A DNA stretch of 33,762 bases from Folioceros fuciformis (taxonomy: Eukaryota), in contig JBNGIO010006036.1 in NCBI GenBank assembly GCA_049999805.1, positions 33,928-67,689 of the forward strand, in the 5' to 3' direction. Of the stretch, positions 1 to 11,561 are shown piece after piece (within the stretch, counting starts at the first letter, position 1; every line of letters begins with the position of its first letter). Below the pieces are notes generated by a model. That model ran no database searches. It saw nothing but the letters and a program-made list of their open reading frames with translations, and was not told the DNA's origin. The position numbers were made by a program, and so were the translations under genes.

Positions 1-96
1 TTAGGGAAAATAAGTTGAAAAAGAAAACCAAACCATACCACTATTAACCCTTTTTCACCCAAAACAAACTTCTACCCCAAACTTTGGAGGTTCACA
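1..96 (-). mobile_element. 5' end of an LTR of long-LTR family X, continuing out of the window
   Basis: Close reverse-complement match to 17817-17912 (TGTGAACCTCCAAAGTTTGGGGTAG...). Starts TG on the minus strand at 96 and abuts the gypsy integrase tail at 97. Confidence 0.85.
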
Positions 97-450
97 CAGA
101 GGCAAGTTTAACTTAAGGCCACCACGAGCTGGCATGTGCTATGAGTCCAAGCGGTCCAAAACAATGGTGTGCTGGTTTTACAGGGCGCAAATGGATGCAC
201 GACCAAGAAGCACATGAAGAATTACACACCTTGTCATCTACTCAACCTAGATCCCACCATTGTCACCAGCAATTGGGTGCCCTTGTTGACTATCCCTGCT
301 AGGTCTGCAAGAGGGCAGATGATGCAACGGTGGATACCATCTATTCTATTTGCAGCCTCCTTTGGCCGAGGTGCCAGAGCAGCTGTGGTATTGCCCCTCA
401 TGTGCTACTCCTCCTATAGCCTTAGTGCTATGGCACACAAGCTTCACTAG
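97..450 (+). pseudogene. Ty3/gypsy integrase C-terminal region ending in a PHD finger (degenerate)
   Basis: Reading across frameshifts: HVL*VQAVQNNGVLVLQGANG...KHMKNYTPCHLLNLDPTIVTSNWVP / DYPC*VCKRADDA (288-326) / CNGGYHLFYLQPPLAEVPEQLWYCPSCA (323-406). This is a C4HC3 PHD pattern with a short internal deletion. It is followed by a PPT and an LTR end. Confidence 0.7.
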
Positions 451-453
451 CTT

Positions 454-469
454 GGGGGGAGGGGGGGGG
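454..469 (+). other. Polypurine tract (PPT)
   Basis: GGGGGGAGGGGGGGGG lies between the integrase/PHD remnant and an LTR-like repeat. Confidence 0.7.
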
Positions 470-470
470 C

Positions 471-625
471 AGCAGTAAGTGCACCATCAGCTCCAACTTA
501 CTCCCATGACTCACTTTCTTTTGACGGAGTTGTTCATGAACTGCAAGATTGTTGGGACGAGGCATACTCAGGACTGTCCCTGCTGGGACTCCTCGAATCT
601 TGCCAACTTGTTGCTTTTCACGACA
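471..625 (+). repeat. 3' part of an LTR (copy A), 5'-truncated
   Basis: Diverged direct repeat of 1172-1334. Ends ...CACGACA and follows a PPT. Confidence 0.65.
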
Positions 626-1171
626 GCTGACAAAAGGTTGCTAGGGAGGTCAGGACAGGTAACATGGTCATTCTGCAATCGAGACTGGCAAAACTCATGA
701 GACTGCCTCAACTACTATGCTTGAGCATAAGAAGGAAGGTAAGGCAAGTTCGCATCCATAGCTTTCAATTTGTACCTTAGCATAGTATGAATAATAGCCA
801 TTATTCCGTATTATTCCATTAATATGGGAACATAGTTATTACGAATCATTGATAGATTTAGGTAGCTAGAAAAAGGCTAGAACCCAGCAAGTGTGAACAT
901 GCTGGAAAAAACCCTAGAAAGGCACTAACACTAAGAGGCAAAGGTGCAAGGAAGTTAGTCTTTGAAGTTGCACCTAGAGAGTACCACATATTGAGGAGAA
1001 AGGCCTTGTACTCATGTGACTAGAATACAGAGTTTGTTTTTGTGTGCCTCTCATATTAGCTTGAAGGTGTGACTGACGAACTCCCAACTAGCGAGCGTAC
1101 CTTGTGCTGGCCCAATTGCTTACACACCAACTCTTCTGATTCCCGCTCATCACAAATGAAAGCCCTTCGGA

Positions 1172-1334
1172 AGCAGTAGGTGCACTATCAGTTCTAACTT
1201 ACTCCCATGAGCATGACTCACTTTCTTTTGACAGAGTTGTTTCTGAACTGCAAGATTGATGGGATAAGGTGTACTCGGGACCATCCTTGCTAGGACTCTC
1301 CTCGAATCTTGCCAACTTGCTGCATTTCATGACA
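1172..1334 (+). repeat. 3' part of the same LTR (copy B)
   Basis: Matches 471-625 with substitutions and small indels. Ends ...CATGACA and abuts the copia gag remnant. Its 5' boundary was not found. Confidence 0.65.
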
Positions 1335-1759
1335 CTCTTCATCTAGCTTGAGACTAGTAGAAATGGCAGCATATAATAGACCTTACTACGATTCTAGAAA
1401 TTCAAACACAAGTTGATTTTCACGAAGCTTGTAGGCAAAGAGCTGATCTTCAACATGAAGCCACTAGGCCGTGCTAGACTCTTGGTAAGTACTTGTAAGT
1501 TTGTCCCACATGGCTTTAGCAGTGGGTAATCTTTTGATGATAGGGATCAAAAGATCTCCTACATGCAATAGCATATTTGACCTAGCTTGTGCATCTTTGA
1601 CGAGTAAGTCAAGCAAGTTATTATGACCCATGGCTGGTTGAGCGAGGGAGCCATTGACAATTCCCCATGAAGAATTTCAAAGAAATAACATTTCTATTCT
1701 AGCAAACAAGGTATGATAGTTTGTACTTGTCAATTTATCTATTTGGTAGATCCATCCAT
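1335..1759 (-). pseudogene. Ty1/copia gag N-terminal remnant
   Basis: Manual translation: QIDKLTSTNYHTLFARIEMLFL*NSSWGIVNGS...KDAQARSNMLLHVGD...PTAKAMWDKLTSTYQ...LFAYKLRENQ. This is a typical copia gag start, with in-frame stops. Confidence 0.75.
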
Positions 1760-2881
1760 GACGGTAGATAGAAATCTAGGAAGAAAAGCTTAGAATATGA
1801 TTGAGAGCAACATGTATTTTGTACTGTTGTTTCTAGATGGCGTCTAAGCAACTTAGTATTCTATTTAATTGAGAAGCATGGTGATGAGATCTTGCTTGAC
1901 GGTGGCTAAATAATTGGCACAAAAGTGTATGAGTAGTTTTCTGATGAGACAAACTCACTTGGAACCTGAACAAACCTATTTGTGGTGTTTTGTTAGTTTT
2001 GTGTTTTCTACCTCTAAAAGCGTTTGGACAACTACGAGAAAGATGAGACTTTTTCCTATCCATGATGGCTTCTAGAGGCAAGTAGAGAGGATCATTCAGG
2101 CTGGATAGCAATGGAAAGAAATTGGGTTGATTGTAAATTGTGTACAAAGGACAAATGTGCCCTAGGCATATGAGAGCCTGATCACAAAGAGTTGTGACTG
2201 TTCACAATTGGAAGCGACACACAAGGCTGGGCTTAAACACTAATGATCCCGTTATTCCTAACAAGCCGTACCATTACCATACAGGGCAGCGGCAAGTGTG
2301 GCAGACTGAGGAAATCGAACTAGCGAGGGCCATAAGGAGGAATCGAGCCGGGGCGGGCTGTTTGGGTCCAATCGACCAGGGGGACAGCAAGGGCAGGACG
2401 AGACCTTGAGCCAGGATTCGACAACATCTGTTACCCTGTTGGCTATTAGGTGCACAGGTCAACCCTTGCACTGCAGCTCGTTCTTCGCGGTCGCAGCCAA
2501 CCCATGACATAGACCACCACGTCCATTGCAAATTCACACTCCTCCCACTTGATTCGGTAATAAAGCAACGTGATGAACGGGATCAGGGAACTGTTACTTA
2601 GACGGGTTTGCTAAAGTTGAAGTTCGAAATACAGGACAGCTCCGTGGAATCCACGTTGGCAACTTGATTCTCTAGCTTTTATATAGCGCTGAAAAAGCAT
2701 AAACAGAAAATTTTCTGACCACAGCATTTTGGTATCAACAAAGTCCATACAGGACAGCTCCTACACGATCCCAAGGAAAAAAAAATCTACCGCTTCCTGC
2801 ACCATCCTGGCTTTCAGCTTCACCACCCCCTCAGCAAGGAGCAACTAACGCTTCACTGCACAGCGAAAACATCAAACAGAG

Positions 2882-4800
2882 TCAACCGTTTTTCTGAAGT
2901 GGCAGTAGATAGGAACCTGTTAAGATTGATACAGCAAAGGAATGACCACTGTCATCAATTACAGCCGGATTCCAATTCAGGCGGTCTAGCAATACCTCTC
3001 CAACATCTGCATTGACTCCATCCGCTTTGACTTGGTCCTCACCTGTGACAACGCAAATGGACAAACGGACGTTGGTACCGTGCACTGTACTGTGAAGTGC
3101 CAAAACATGGACACAAATTTCTCTAAAACAGATCAAGACAGCATAAACAAGACTCGGAAGGAACCTCCATCCTCTTGCAGGTCGGAAGTCCACAGAGTAA
3201 GATTGTCCCGCAGCAGCTGCATGATGAGGGTGCTATCCTTGTAGGATTCCTCACTTAGCGTGTCGAGTTCAGCAATAGCTTCATCAAATGCTTGCTTTGC
3301 CAGATGGCATGCCCTGCTCTCCAGGAGACAAAACATGGCAGTACATCAAAATGAAGCACCAAAAGAAGGGACGACAGCAACAGTCTCCCCTAAAGTGCAT
3401 ACCGCTCAGGAGAGTTTAGAATTTCGTAATAGAAGACAGAGAAATTAAGGGCCAGTCCAAGCCTGATGGGGTGCGTGGGGGCTAGGTCGGTAATAGCAAT
3501 GTTCGAAGCAGCCTGCAGGACATTGATGCATCACAGTCTGGAACAACCAAACCCCTAACATCTAATGTCCCCAATACAGCGCAGCAAGCCGTATCCGGAA
3601 GACAAACCTCATAAGCCTTCAAAGACTGATCTGCAGCTTCTTTTCTGTCACCACCATTTTTAAACTCTGCCAGATAGCGAAAGTAATCACCTTTCCTGCT
3701 TTCACAAATGCCGTCACATACGAGCTTCAAGACAGCCCCCTTACATGCGCAGATATAACACCAACAACTATGGAACAAAACATTAGAATCCAATCCTACA
3801 TCTTGTAATAGAAGACGGTAGACTCGCCAGTTGTAGATGAAGGAATCAGATGCTCATCAATGATTGAGAGTATGTCCCTACATATCTTGGACAGTTCAGC
3901 CTCAACTCTGTGCCGATAGTCCTTGATGCGCTTCACATTCTGGTCATTGCTCTTGCTCTCCTCCTTCTGTTCGATGGATGACATGATCCTCCACGAGGCT
4001 CTTCGGGCACCAATCACATTTTTGTAGCCCACGGATAGGAGATTTCTTTCCTCCACTGTCAGCTCCATGTTTAACTTGGCAACTTTCTTCATTGATTCAA
4101 CCATCTCTGGAACAGCAGAACATAGGGGCAACCTCCACCGCCATTCATGTGAGAAAGCCAGAAAGCTCGGCAACTTACTTTCAAGAATGCACACATGCCA
4201 CCATTAACTGTCAGTCAGCAACTCTTCCACACACACAAAACAACACCCAAAACTGATTCGCTGACAGAGAGGGCACATCGAAGCCCCCGCTCAGTGAGAT
4301 ATTTCGTTGGAGCACCTTCAAAACACAAGCTCCATACGCTGGACTTGTTGATCCATAAGTAATACCAAGAAGTGACCTCGATAGAAAGCCAAACAAGTGA
4401 CAGAGAAAAACACCTAAAGCATCTCTTTAAAGACAAGAACATGGCGTCGACTAGAGGCGTCGAGCCATTCATAGAAACTGGACAAACCCAAAGACAATGG
4501 TCATACTGCACGATAATATGTCTCTGCAATCTCCTCTTCCACATTCGTGAGGCGGCCAAGTTAGAGGAGGCGGGCAGAGGTTCTGCGGCTGGCCGCCCCA
4601 TCAGCCGCGCATCGAAACTGGCTGGCAGATAGATTCGTTTCCAACAGCACGAGAAAGGAGACTCAAGAAAGGACAAGCAAGACCAAAACAAACATAAAAA
4701 AACTCAGAATCGACACAAAAGACTCACCGTCGTATCTTTCTGCCTGCTCGGCAAGCTTAGCCATGTAAACGTGCCCGTCGCGGTCCTTCTCGTTGGTCAT
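2882..4800 (-). CDS. GF14: 14-3-3 protein (GF14/GRF, epsilon-group-like), 7 coding exons, 261 aa
   Basis: Exons with GT-AG introns: 4800-4728, 4106-3800, 3695-3608, 3512-3403, 3313-3165, 3042-2996, 2893-2882; total 786 nt, in frame. Canonical motifs present: [94 protein letters not shown]. The last micro-exon (KNG*) is the least certain part. Confidence 0.95.
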
Positions 4801-4801
4801 C

Positions 4802-4955
4802 CTGCACACTAAGCAGGAGCTGCTTGCGCACCCTAAGACACCACAAACTACCTCGCTATACGTGGACGACTGTATCGGCCACACTTCAGATATCGACCTC
4901 GCCAACGCTCGGCAGTCGTTCACGCGGGGAATTGTAGACACTCAGAAATACATAC
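4802..4955 (-). other. Predicted 5'-UTR intron of the 14-3-3 gene
   Basis: Donor ATG|GTATGT at 4955 and acceptor TGCAG|G one base before the ATG. A pyrimidine-rich leader lies at about 4960-5090 on the minus strand. Confidence 0.55.
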
Positions 4956-5434
4956 CATGAATGAGGAGAACTACAGGCATGGAGGGAGTGGAGGGACGAA
5001 GAGCGAGGCAGGGACGGAAGGAGGGAGGCACGAAGAGAAGACGGCAAGGACGGGACGGAACACAAGACAGACGAGGAAGGGACTCGGAGGTCGAACGTCA
5101 CGGCGCAGCGCTAGCTAACTTAAATTGATGCTTCCCAAATTTCGTTAGCTTCGGAATAGCAGCAGATAGAAGTCGTAGCTGGCCAGCTCTACGATAGTAA
5201 TCATACCTGGGCAAATAATTTTTACCTAGAGGCTTAAAGTTATTATTTTATTTTATTTTATTCCTTGAGACAATTTATACTTCAGTAAAGTATCAAATAC
5301 ACCCTTTTAGTCTAAACTTGGAGACCTAATTTTATTTACGTTAAAAAGAATTTTTTAGGGTCCTTTTTTTTAAAGGGTTTTTTTTAACTATTTTTTTAGA
5401 AACTAACTATTCAAAAAATGAAATTGAAAGGTTT

Positions 5435-6003
5435 TGTGTATTCATCAATCACCAAACCAAATACAGGACTTAGGGTTATTCGACTTGCCAAATCTTAACG
5501 TATGACGTAGGCCATACAATCTCAGTACAAGCTTTGTCATCGTGGTATTGAGATAGGATATTTCCTAATTTCATAATCTCTTGTAAATTGAATGTATATG
5601 AAATTGCATGAAAGGTACGCTATTCCTATCATGGTAATATACCATTTGAAATTAATAAATTAGACCATCAGAACTACACCCACTACATTCTTCACCATTT
5701 TGATAAATCTTGGACTATCATGATCTTAGGTTCTAGTTGACTTTCGAGGAATTGCATTGGAAGCATGTTTGTCCATAGAATTGGACTTATGTTTGCTGTG
5801 CCATTGCACCATTTGCTGCTCCTTTTCTTTTACATATTGCCTGCAAATTTTACACAAACCATCGAAGTCTCAGCATTATATTGAATCCGTGGATACTTTT
5901 CTTGATATGACTCTCGCCACTTTTCAAGTGATTGAGTTATTTCTGATTCAACTTCCTCATCATTGGAGTCCCTCTCGTTCTTTGATACCTCCTCTACAGG
6001 CAT
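5435..6003 (-). pseudogene. hAT-superfamily (ZMYM1/ZNF862-like, TTF-type zinc finger plus DUF4371-like) transposase remnant
   Basis: Across frameshifts: EKWRESYQEKYPRIQYNAETSM / CKICRQY / SMDKHAS and, at 5471-5435, SPVFGLVIDEYT, which resembles the SPxFxLxxDESTD motif carrying the first catalytic Asp. Confidence 0.6.
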
Positions 6004-6335
6004 TTTTTCGAGCTGCTCAAAAGACTTGAATGCTTAGACATCCCTACGATCAATGGATTTGGCAACAACTCACATGTAGCAACCTAAGATGACATGTAAA
6101 ACAGAATGGAAGCAAAAAGCATGTACACACACATACTTGAACTTGTAGTCTTAATATTGTGCTTCAAAAAATCTTTCCTTTCAATATCTAAATCTCTTCA
6201 ATACCTAAGACTATCCAAACTTAGCATGTGTATTTATATATTTATACTGAAATTCATATGTATATGGGATGGCTAGCCCCTATATTAATGTATACATATA
6301 TTCTTACATTAGTGCACACACGATACCTCCTCTTA

Positions 6336-6600
6336 GGTGCCCAAATCAACCGGCGCCCTCAAAGAATGTAATGACAATTTAGACGCTCGCCAGCCGGCCC
6401 CTTCAGAGTGTGATGACAATTTGGGCACGAGTCGACCAACCCCCTCACAGAATGTGATGACGACTTGGGTGCCAGCTGGCTACCCCCTTACAAAGTGTAC
6501 TGACGATTTGGGCACACGCCAGCTGGCGTCTTGAGGGGAGGGCGCTAACCAGCCGACACCCTCACAAATGTGTGGATGATTTGGGTGTCAGTTGACCAGC
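6336..6600. repeat. Degenerate ~42-44 bp tandem array, probably CACTA subterminal repeats
   Basis: About five copies of CCCTCACAGAGTGTGATGACRATTTGGGCAC-like units, plus an inverted partial copy (GGTGCCCAAATC at 6336), just 3' of the CACTA transposase remnant. Confidence 0.6.
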
Positions 6601-6789
6601 ATCCCAAGGGCAAGGTGCTGGCTGGCAGCGGTATTTGTCTTTGTCTTCGTTATTGCGGCTCACATACAAACAATGCTAACTCCCAAGAGTGACCACACTT
6701 GTTGTTTAAAAGAGAAATTTCCATTGATGGCTATGAGGGAATGGCCTATGCTTGCACAACTAAATCTCACACGTCAATTTCCACATTGT

Positions 6790-8129
6790 AACGTGCTCTC
6801 CATCCTCTCACTCATTTCCGGATCGTAATAGCCCATCCTGTGTTCTCAGCCAATGCATCAGGATGGAAAATGCACATCACATGGGCTGGTCAAATAAATA
6901 GTGTGTCCAGCCCATCCGCCGCAGTGTACGAGCAAGGTCTCCTTGTGTTCACAACGTAAAATCTTGAAAATGTTGATCGAATGGATGGCAAGAGGCTGAT
7001 GGGATTACACTCATACCACTTCACTTCCGAAACCGCTAGCTTGTACCCTCTGGGAAAGCGTGCTAGCAAAATTTTAGTAGCTTCATCATAGAAAGTGTGT
7101 TGCACATCATCTGCCATTACATATTTTGTAAGGACCACCAGCATCTTGAGTTGACCGTTGATCGCCATCTGCTTCCTGTTGGCCCGCATATGCTGGTATG
7201 CCATTCCCACCAAATTTGGCCCACCCATTATGGCCGCTACGTCTACAGTGAAGTGGGGCAACTCCTCCCATCAGCCTTCCTCTCAGCCTTTGTGTAACTA
7301 GAGTCGAAATGAAGGGTTTGGCATGGCTGCAAATTGAGCAATTGTATCAACCTCATACAGCTGCAAAAAATGATCCATTGCTTGCTTGTTGTATAATAAA
7401 AATTTGTGTATTTCGGTGAAGCTTTAGCGTTGCAAAACAATAAGGTCTTCCCATGCCAAGGGGCTCACCATTCCCATCGTTTTGAGATGTGTTTTCTTAG
7501 ATGTGTGCGGTTTTAGGACATCTAGTGGGGAGAAAGCACCTTTCAAACCGTAAAGCCTCTTATCTCATGTATGCCTCTGCAATACTCCCCTTGGGTCTGC
7601 TTTGCTAACGGATAGAATGTTAAGTATTGCCTAGGTATCACTCGATTGGAGATATCCATCTCAAATGAACGTATCCAATAGTGTTACCTCATCAACCAGG
7701 TGAGCAAGTTACCGCGCAAGTTATATTCCCACCATACTCAAGACACCGGTACCATGTGAGCAAGTTATAACATCAAGAAAGTTATCGTGCAGTCATGTAT
7801 GATGTAACTTGCTTAGAGGATGGGGCACAAGGATGACCCCTAGGTTCAAGTTGTCCATTGAACAATTCCAGTCAAGACCGCCGCAAACGATGTTTGGTGG
7901 TAGCCATGGCCGATATCCCACATACACTTCTTTTAGTAGCCATGGAGCCCATTGAGAGGTAAGCTCCTCCCAACATTCAAAGCACGCACACACACCTTTG
8001 ACTTGAAAGCCACTTAGCATGCCTGTTCCTGAGTAATTCACTATTGTGTGCAATATTACAGGCCACAATCAGAAGTACCTTTGCAGGCTACCCACAAGTT
8101 CTACAAAGTCCTCCAAAGGAATGTCGATC
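6790..8129 (-). pseudogene. CACTA/En-Spm transposase remnant (Transposase_21, DUF4218 and DUF4216-like regions)
   Basis: WPVILHTIVNYSGTGMLSGFQVKGVCACFECWEE...KEVYVGYRPWLPPN (8068-7890); HLVDEVTL / GYVHLRWISPIE*YLG...RPKGSIAEAYMR*EALRF (7705-7545); KLAVSEVKWYE...YVVNTRR...LFI*PAHVMCIFHPD...GWAI (7040-6820). Many stops; cut by the copia LTR at 8130. Confidence 0.85.
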
Positions 8130-8412
8130 TGTTGGGTTATTAAAGCCCAATGTGCTTAGACTAATGTGTTTAGTCTAAGATTAGTGTCTAGTTAAGTATC
8201 ATTAGTTTAAATTAGCTTAAGCTAATCTGTAGGAAGGTTCTTGTGCAGCTTCTTGTGAAGCTTCCTAGGGAGCTCTTCTAGAGGGTATATAAACCTCCTT
8301 GAGCTCCCTTGCAATGTGAGACTCTGTGTGTGAGAGTGTGACCTCTCTTTCTCCTCTCCTCCTTGCCTCCTCTTCTCCTCCTTCACCATGTGGCTCCTCT
8401 AGCAATCCTTCA
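8130..8412 (+). repeat. 5' LTR of copia element 1
   Basis: TGTTGGG...CCTTCA, 283 bp, with internal TATATAAA. Near-identical to 11562-11851. Confidence 0.92.
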
Positions 8413-8820
8413 GCTGGTTTTAGAGCTGGCATGGAGCAAGATTGGTGTTGGCTCTAGGTGATGGTTGCAGGAGCTCCGTGAGGAAGGCTCCGGAGTGAGA
8501 TGACATCCTGGGGTGCAGGGATCTCCATCCTCGTCGTGCAAGGCATCAGCGCGGAGCAGGAGTGGGAGCCAGGAGCGCGGGGTGTGGCCTAGGAGCGGGG
8601 CATCGTGGCCACGGGCGCCGTGCGGGCTGCAAGCCCCAGGCTCCCCGCTGCGAGCCGGGCGCCCGGCCAGAGAGGGCGCCAGGCCGGGGCACCTCCAAGC
8701 GGCGGGCAGCCCGGCCTTCAAGACACCAGGCCCCCGGCCATGGGGGTGGCGGGTGCCAGGCCCCGTCCGCCCTGTACAGGGGGTGCCTGACCTGGCCGCC
8801 CCACGGCGGGGAGGCTGGGG

Positions 8821-11519
8821 ATCAAGGATTATGTGATTTGTGTAACGGAACACCAAGTGTTTTCTTGTGGCATTGTCACTTAGGACATATGTCTCAAAAA
8901 GGAATGAAGATCTTATCTCATTTTGGTTACGTCCCTGCTTTTGACTTCTCCGACTTCTCTGTGTGTGAGCACTGTTTGTATGGGAAATAGACGAAGTCAC
9001 CACATGGAGCAAGAGGTAAACACAAAAGTAAACCTCTTGAGTTGGTTCACAGTGATGTTTGTGGACCTATGCCCACTGTATCGTTAGGCGGTGCATCTTA
9101 TTTTGTCACTTTCATTGATGACTTCTCACGCAAGGTGTGGGTTTATCCTTTGAGGAAAAAGGATGATGTTTTGACAGTGTTTTAGAAATTCGTCACCCCT
9201 GTGGAGAATCAGTCTGGCCTCTGACTAAAGTGTCTAAGGACAGACAATGGGGGAGAGTATGTCTCGAAGGCTTTCTAATCATTCTGTGATTCCAAGGGAA
9301 TCAAGAGAGAATTGACTGCGCCGTATACTCCTCCCAAGAATGGTGTGGCTAAACGGATGAACAGGACCATCTAGGAGAGGATGCGTAGTTTATTGTCAAA
9401 CTCTGGATTGCCTAACGGATTTTGGGCAGAAGCAGTGGTTACTACGGTGCATCTTATTAACAGATCTCCTAATAGGGCTGTGAATGAACAGGTTCCAGAG
9501 GAGATGTGGTCTGGCAAGAAGCCGTCATACAAGCATCTACGAGTGTTTGGCTGCAAGGCATACTACCATGTCCCGAAAGAGTTTCGGGACAAGTTGGCAC
9601 CCAAGTCCAAGAAATGTATTTTTCTTGGCTATGATGAATCTGGTGAGATGGGATATCGTCTGTGGGATCCAGAGGCCAAGAGGATGGTTTGCAGCAATGA
9701 CATGTTCTTCAATGAGACCAAGATGCACAAGAAGCCTACTCCAACTGTGAAGGTGCGACGGGTGGTTTTCCAAGAAGATGGACTTGACCGTCCTACGCAG
9801 GTTGAACATCGTGATATGCAGGAACAAGTTCCTCCACTTGTACAAGAGGAGAGAGTGCAACCAGCTCCGGTCGAGGCGCCATTGCTTCGTAGGTCAGGAA
9901 GGATCTTACGTCCTCCTCACAGGTATGTTGCATCTCTTGATTATGTCATGCTAACGAATTGTGGGGAGCCCTCTTGTTACCAAGAGGCCATGTCAGTGAC
10001 TAACAAGGACAAGTGGGAGAAGGCAATGCAGTCGCAGATGGATTCACTACATAAGAACCAAACTTGGGAGTTGGTTCGGTTGCCTAGGGGCAAGAAGACG
10101 TTGCCATGCAAATGGGTGTATAAGATGAAGGACATACCCCATTATGGCAAACCCAAGTACAAGGCACGATTGGTTGCTAAGGGTTTTAAGCAACAGCAAG
10201 GTATTGACTTTGATGAGATTTTCTCAGTAGTTGTCAAAATGACTACTTTGCAATGTGTTCTTGCTTTGGTTGCGAGGAACGACATGGAACTTGTCCAAAT
10301 GGATGTGAAGTCGGCATTTCTACATGGTGATCTCCAGGAAGAGGTATACATGCAGGAACCAGAGGGTTTCATTGAGAAAGGCAAAGAGAATCTGGTATGC
10401 AGGTTAAAGAAGAGCCTTTACAGTTTGAAGTAGGCACCCAGAGAGTGGTATTTTAAGTTCTACTCATTTATGGTTTCTCAAGGCTACAAACGTAGTGAGG
10501 AGGATCATTTCCTCTATATGAAGCAAGCTAAGGATGGAAGCTTACTCATTTTGGTCCTCTATGTGGATGATATGCTAATTGCTGGAAAAAGCAGTGATGG
10601 GATTTCAGTGTTGAAGTCAAAGTTGAAGGCTCGCTTTGACATGATAGACTTGGGAGAGGCAAGCCATATTCTTGGCATGCGTATTCGTCAAGAAAGACAC
10701 AAGCATTTGCTTTACTTGTCTCAGACTGCATACATTAACAAGGTGCTTCAACGTTTCAACATGTAGAAGGGGAAGGTATTGAGTACTCCGTTGCCTCCAT
10801 ATGTGAAACTTTCAAGCAAGGATTGCCCAAGCTCTACAGAGGACAAAGCTGAAATGACGAAGGTTCCATACTCATCAACTATAGGGAGTTTGACGTGTGC
10901 AATGATTGCTACACATCCTGACATTGCTTTTGCAGTGGGAGTGGTTAGCAAGTTTATGTCAAACCCTAGCAAGAAGCATTGGGAGGCAGTGAAAGGAGTT
11001 ATGAGGTACTTAAATGGTACAAAAGCTTTGTGCTTATGTTTTGGTAGTGAAGATGCATCTGACGTGGGATATACGGATGCTGATTATGCAAGGGATATGG
11101 ACAAAAGAAGGTCCACATCAGGCTATATCTTCATGTGCACTAGAGGGGTAGTCTCATGGCGATCTCGTTTGCAATCGTGCATAACGCTATCTACCACAAA
11201 GGCCGAGTATGTTGCAGCAACTAAGGCGTGCAAGGAAGCCATGTGGCTTGCTCGTTTAGTGGGAGATTTGGGGATCAAGGTTGAGGTGCCAGTGTTGCAC
11301 TGTGATAGCCAGAGTGCTATCCAATTGGCGAAGAATCTAGTGTTTCATGCGAAGACCAAATATGTGGAAGTGAAGTATCACTTCATTCGAAAGGTTTTGG
11401 AAGACAAGAGGGTACAGCTTGTCAAAGTTGACACTAGTCAGAACCCTACAAATGTTCTTACCAAGGGGCTCTCTACAGAGTAATTCGCACAAGCTCGAAC
11501 ACTCATGGGCATGAGGTAG
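8821..11519 (+). pseudogene. copia pol remnant: pre-integrase, integrase, RT, RNase H
   Basis: LWHCHLGH...CEHC, LELVHSDVCGP, RTDNGGEY, PKNGVAKR, YKARLVAKGF, QMDVKSAFLHG, LYVDDMLI, GYTDADYA, TTKAEY. Several premature stops. Confidence 0.9.
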
Positions 11520-11561
11520 ACCACTCTCCTATGAAGGTATGTTGGCCTTTAAGTGGGAGGT

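Noticed and set aside
1833-2537. Short ORFs downstream of the 14-3-3 gene
   Set aside because: No recognisable motifs or splice structure; treated as 3' flank or TE leader sequence.
4211-4691. ORFs of up to 158 aa within 14-3-3 intron 1
   Set aside because: They lie wholly in the intron 4727-4107 and show no protein-family features.
5681-6314. CACTA...TAGTG pair as a non-autonomous CACTA element
   Set aside because: The inverted match does not extend past 5 bp and there is no 3-bp TSD.
6336-6600. CRISPR-like array
   Set aside because: Repeats are degenerate, the intervening parts resemble each other, and it sits next to a CACTA transposase.
8410-9012. Overlapping Pro/Arg/Gly-rich ORFs of 100-200 aa (also 15444-16082)
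   Set aside because: Expected by chance in a very GC-rich leader, and the translations are not conserved between the two sister elements.
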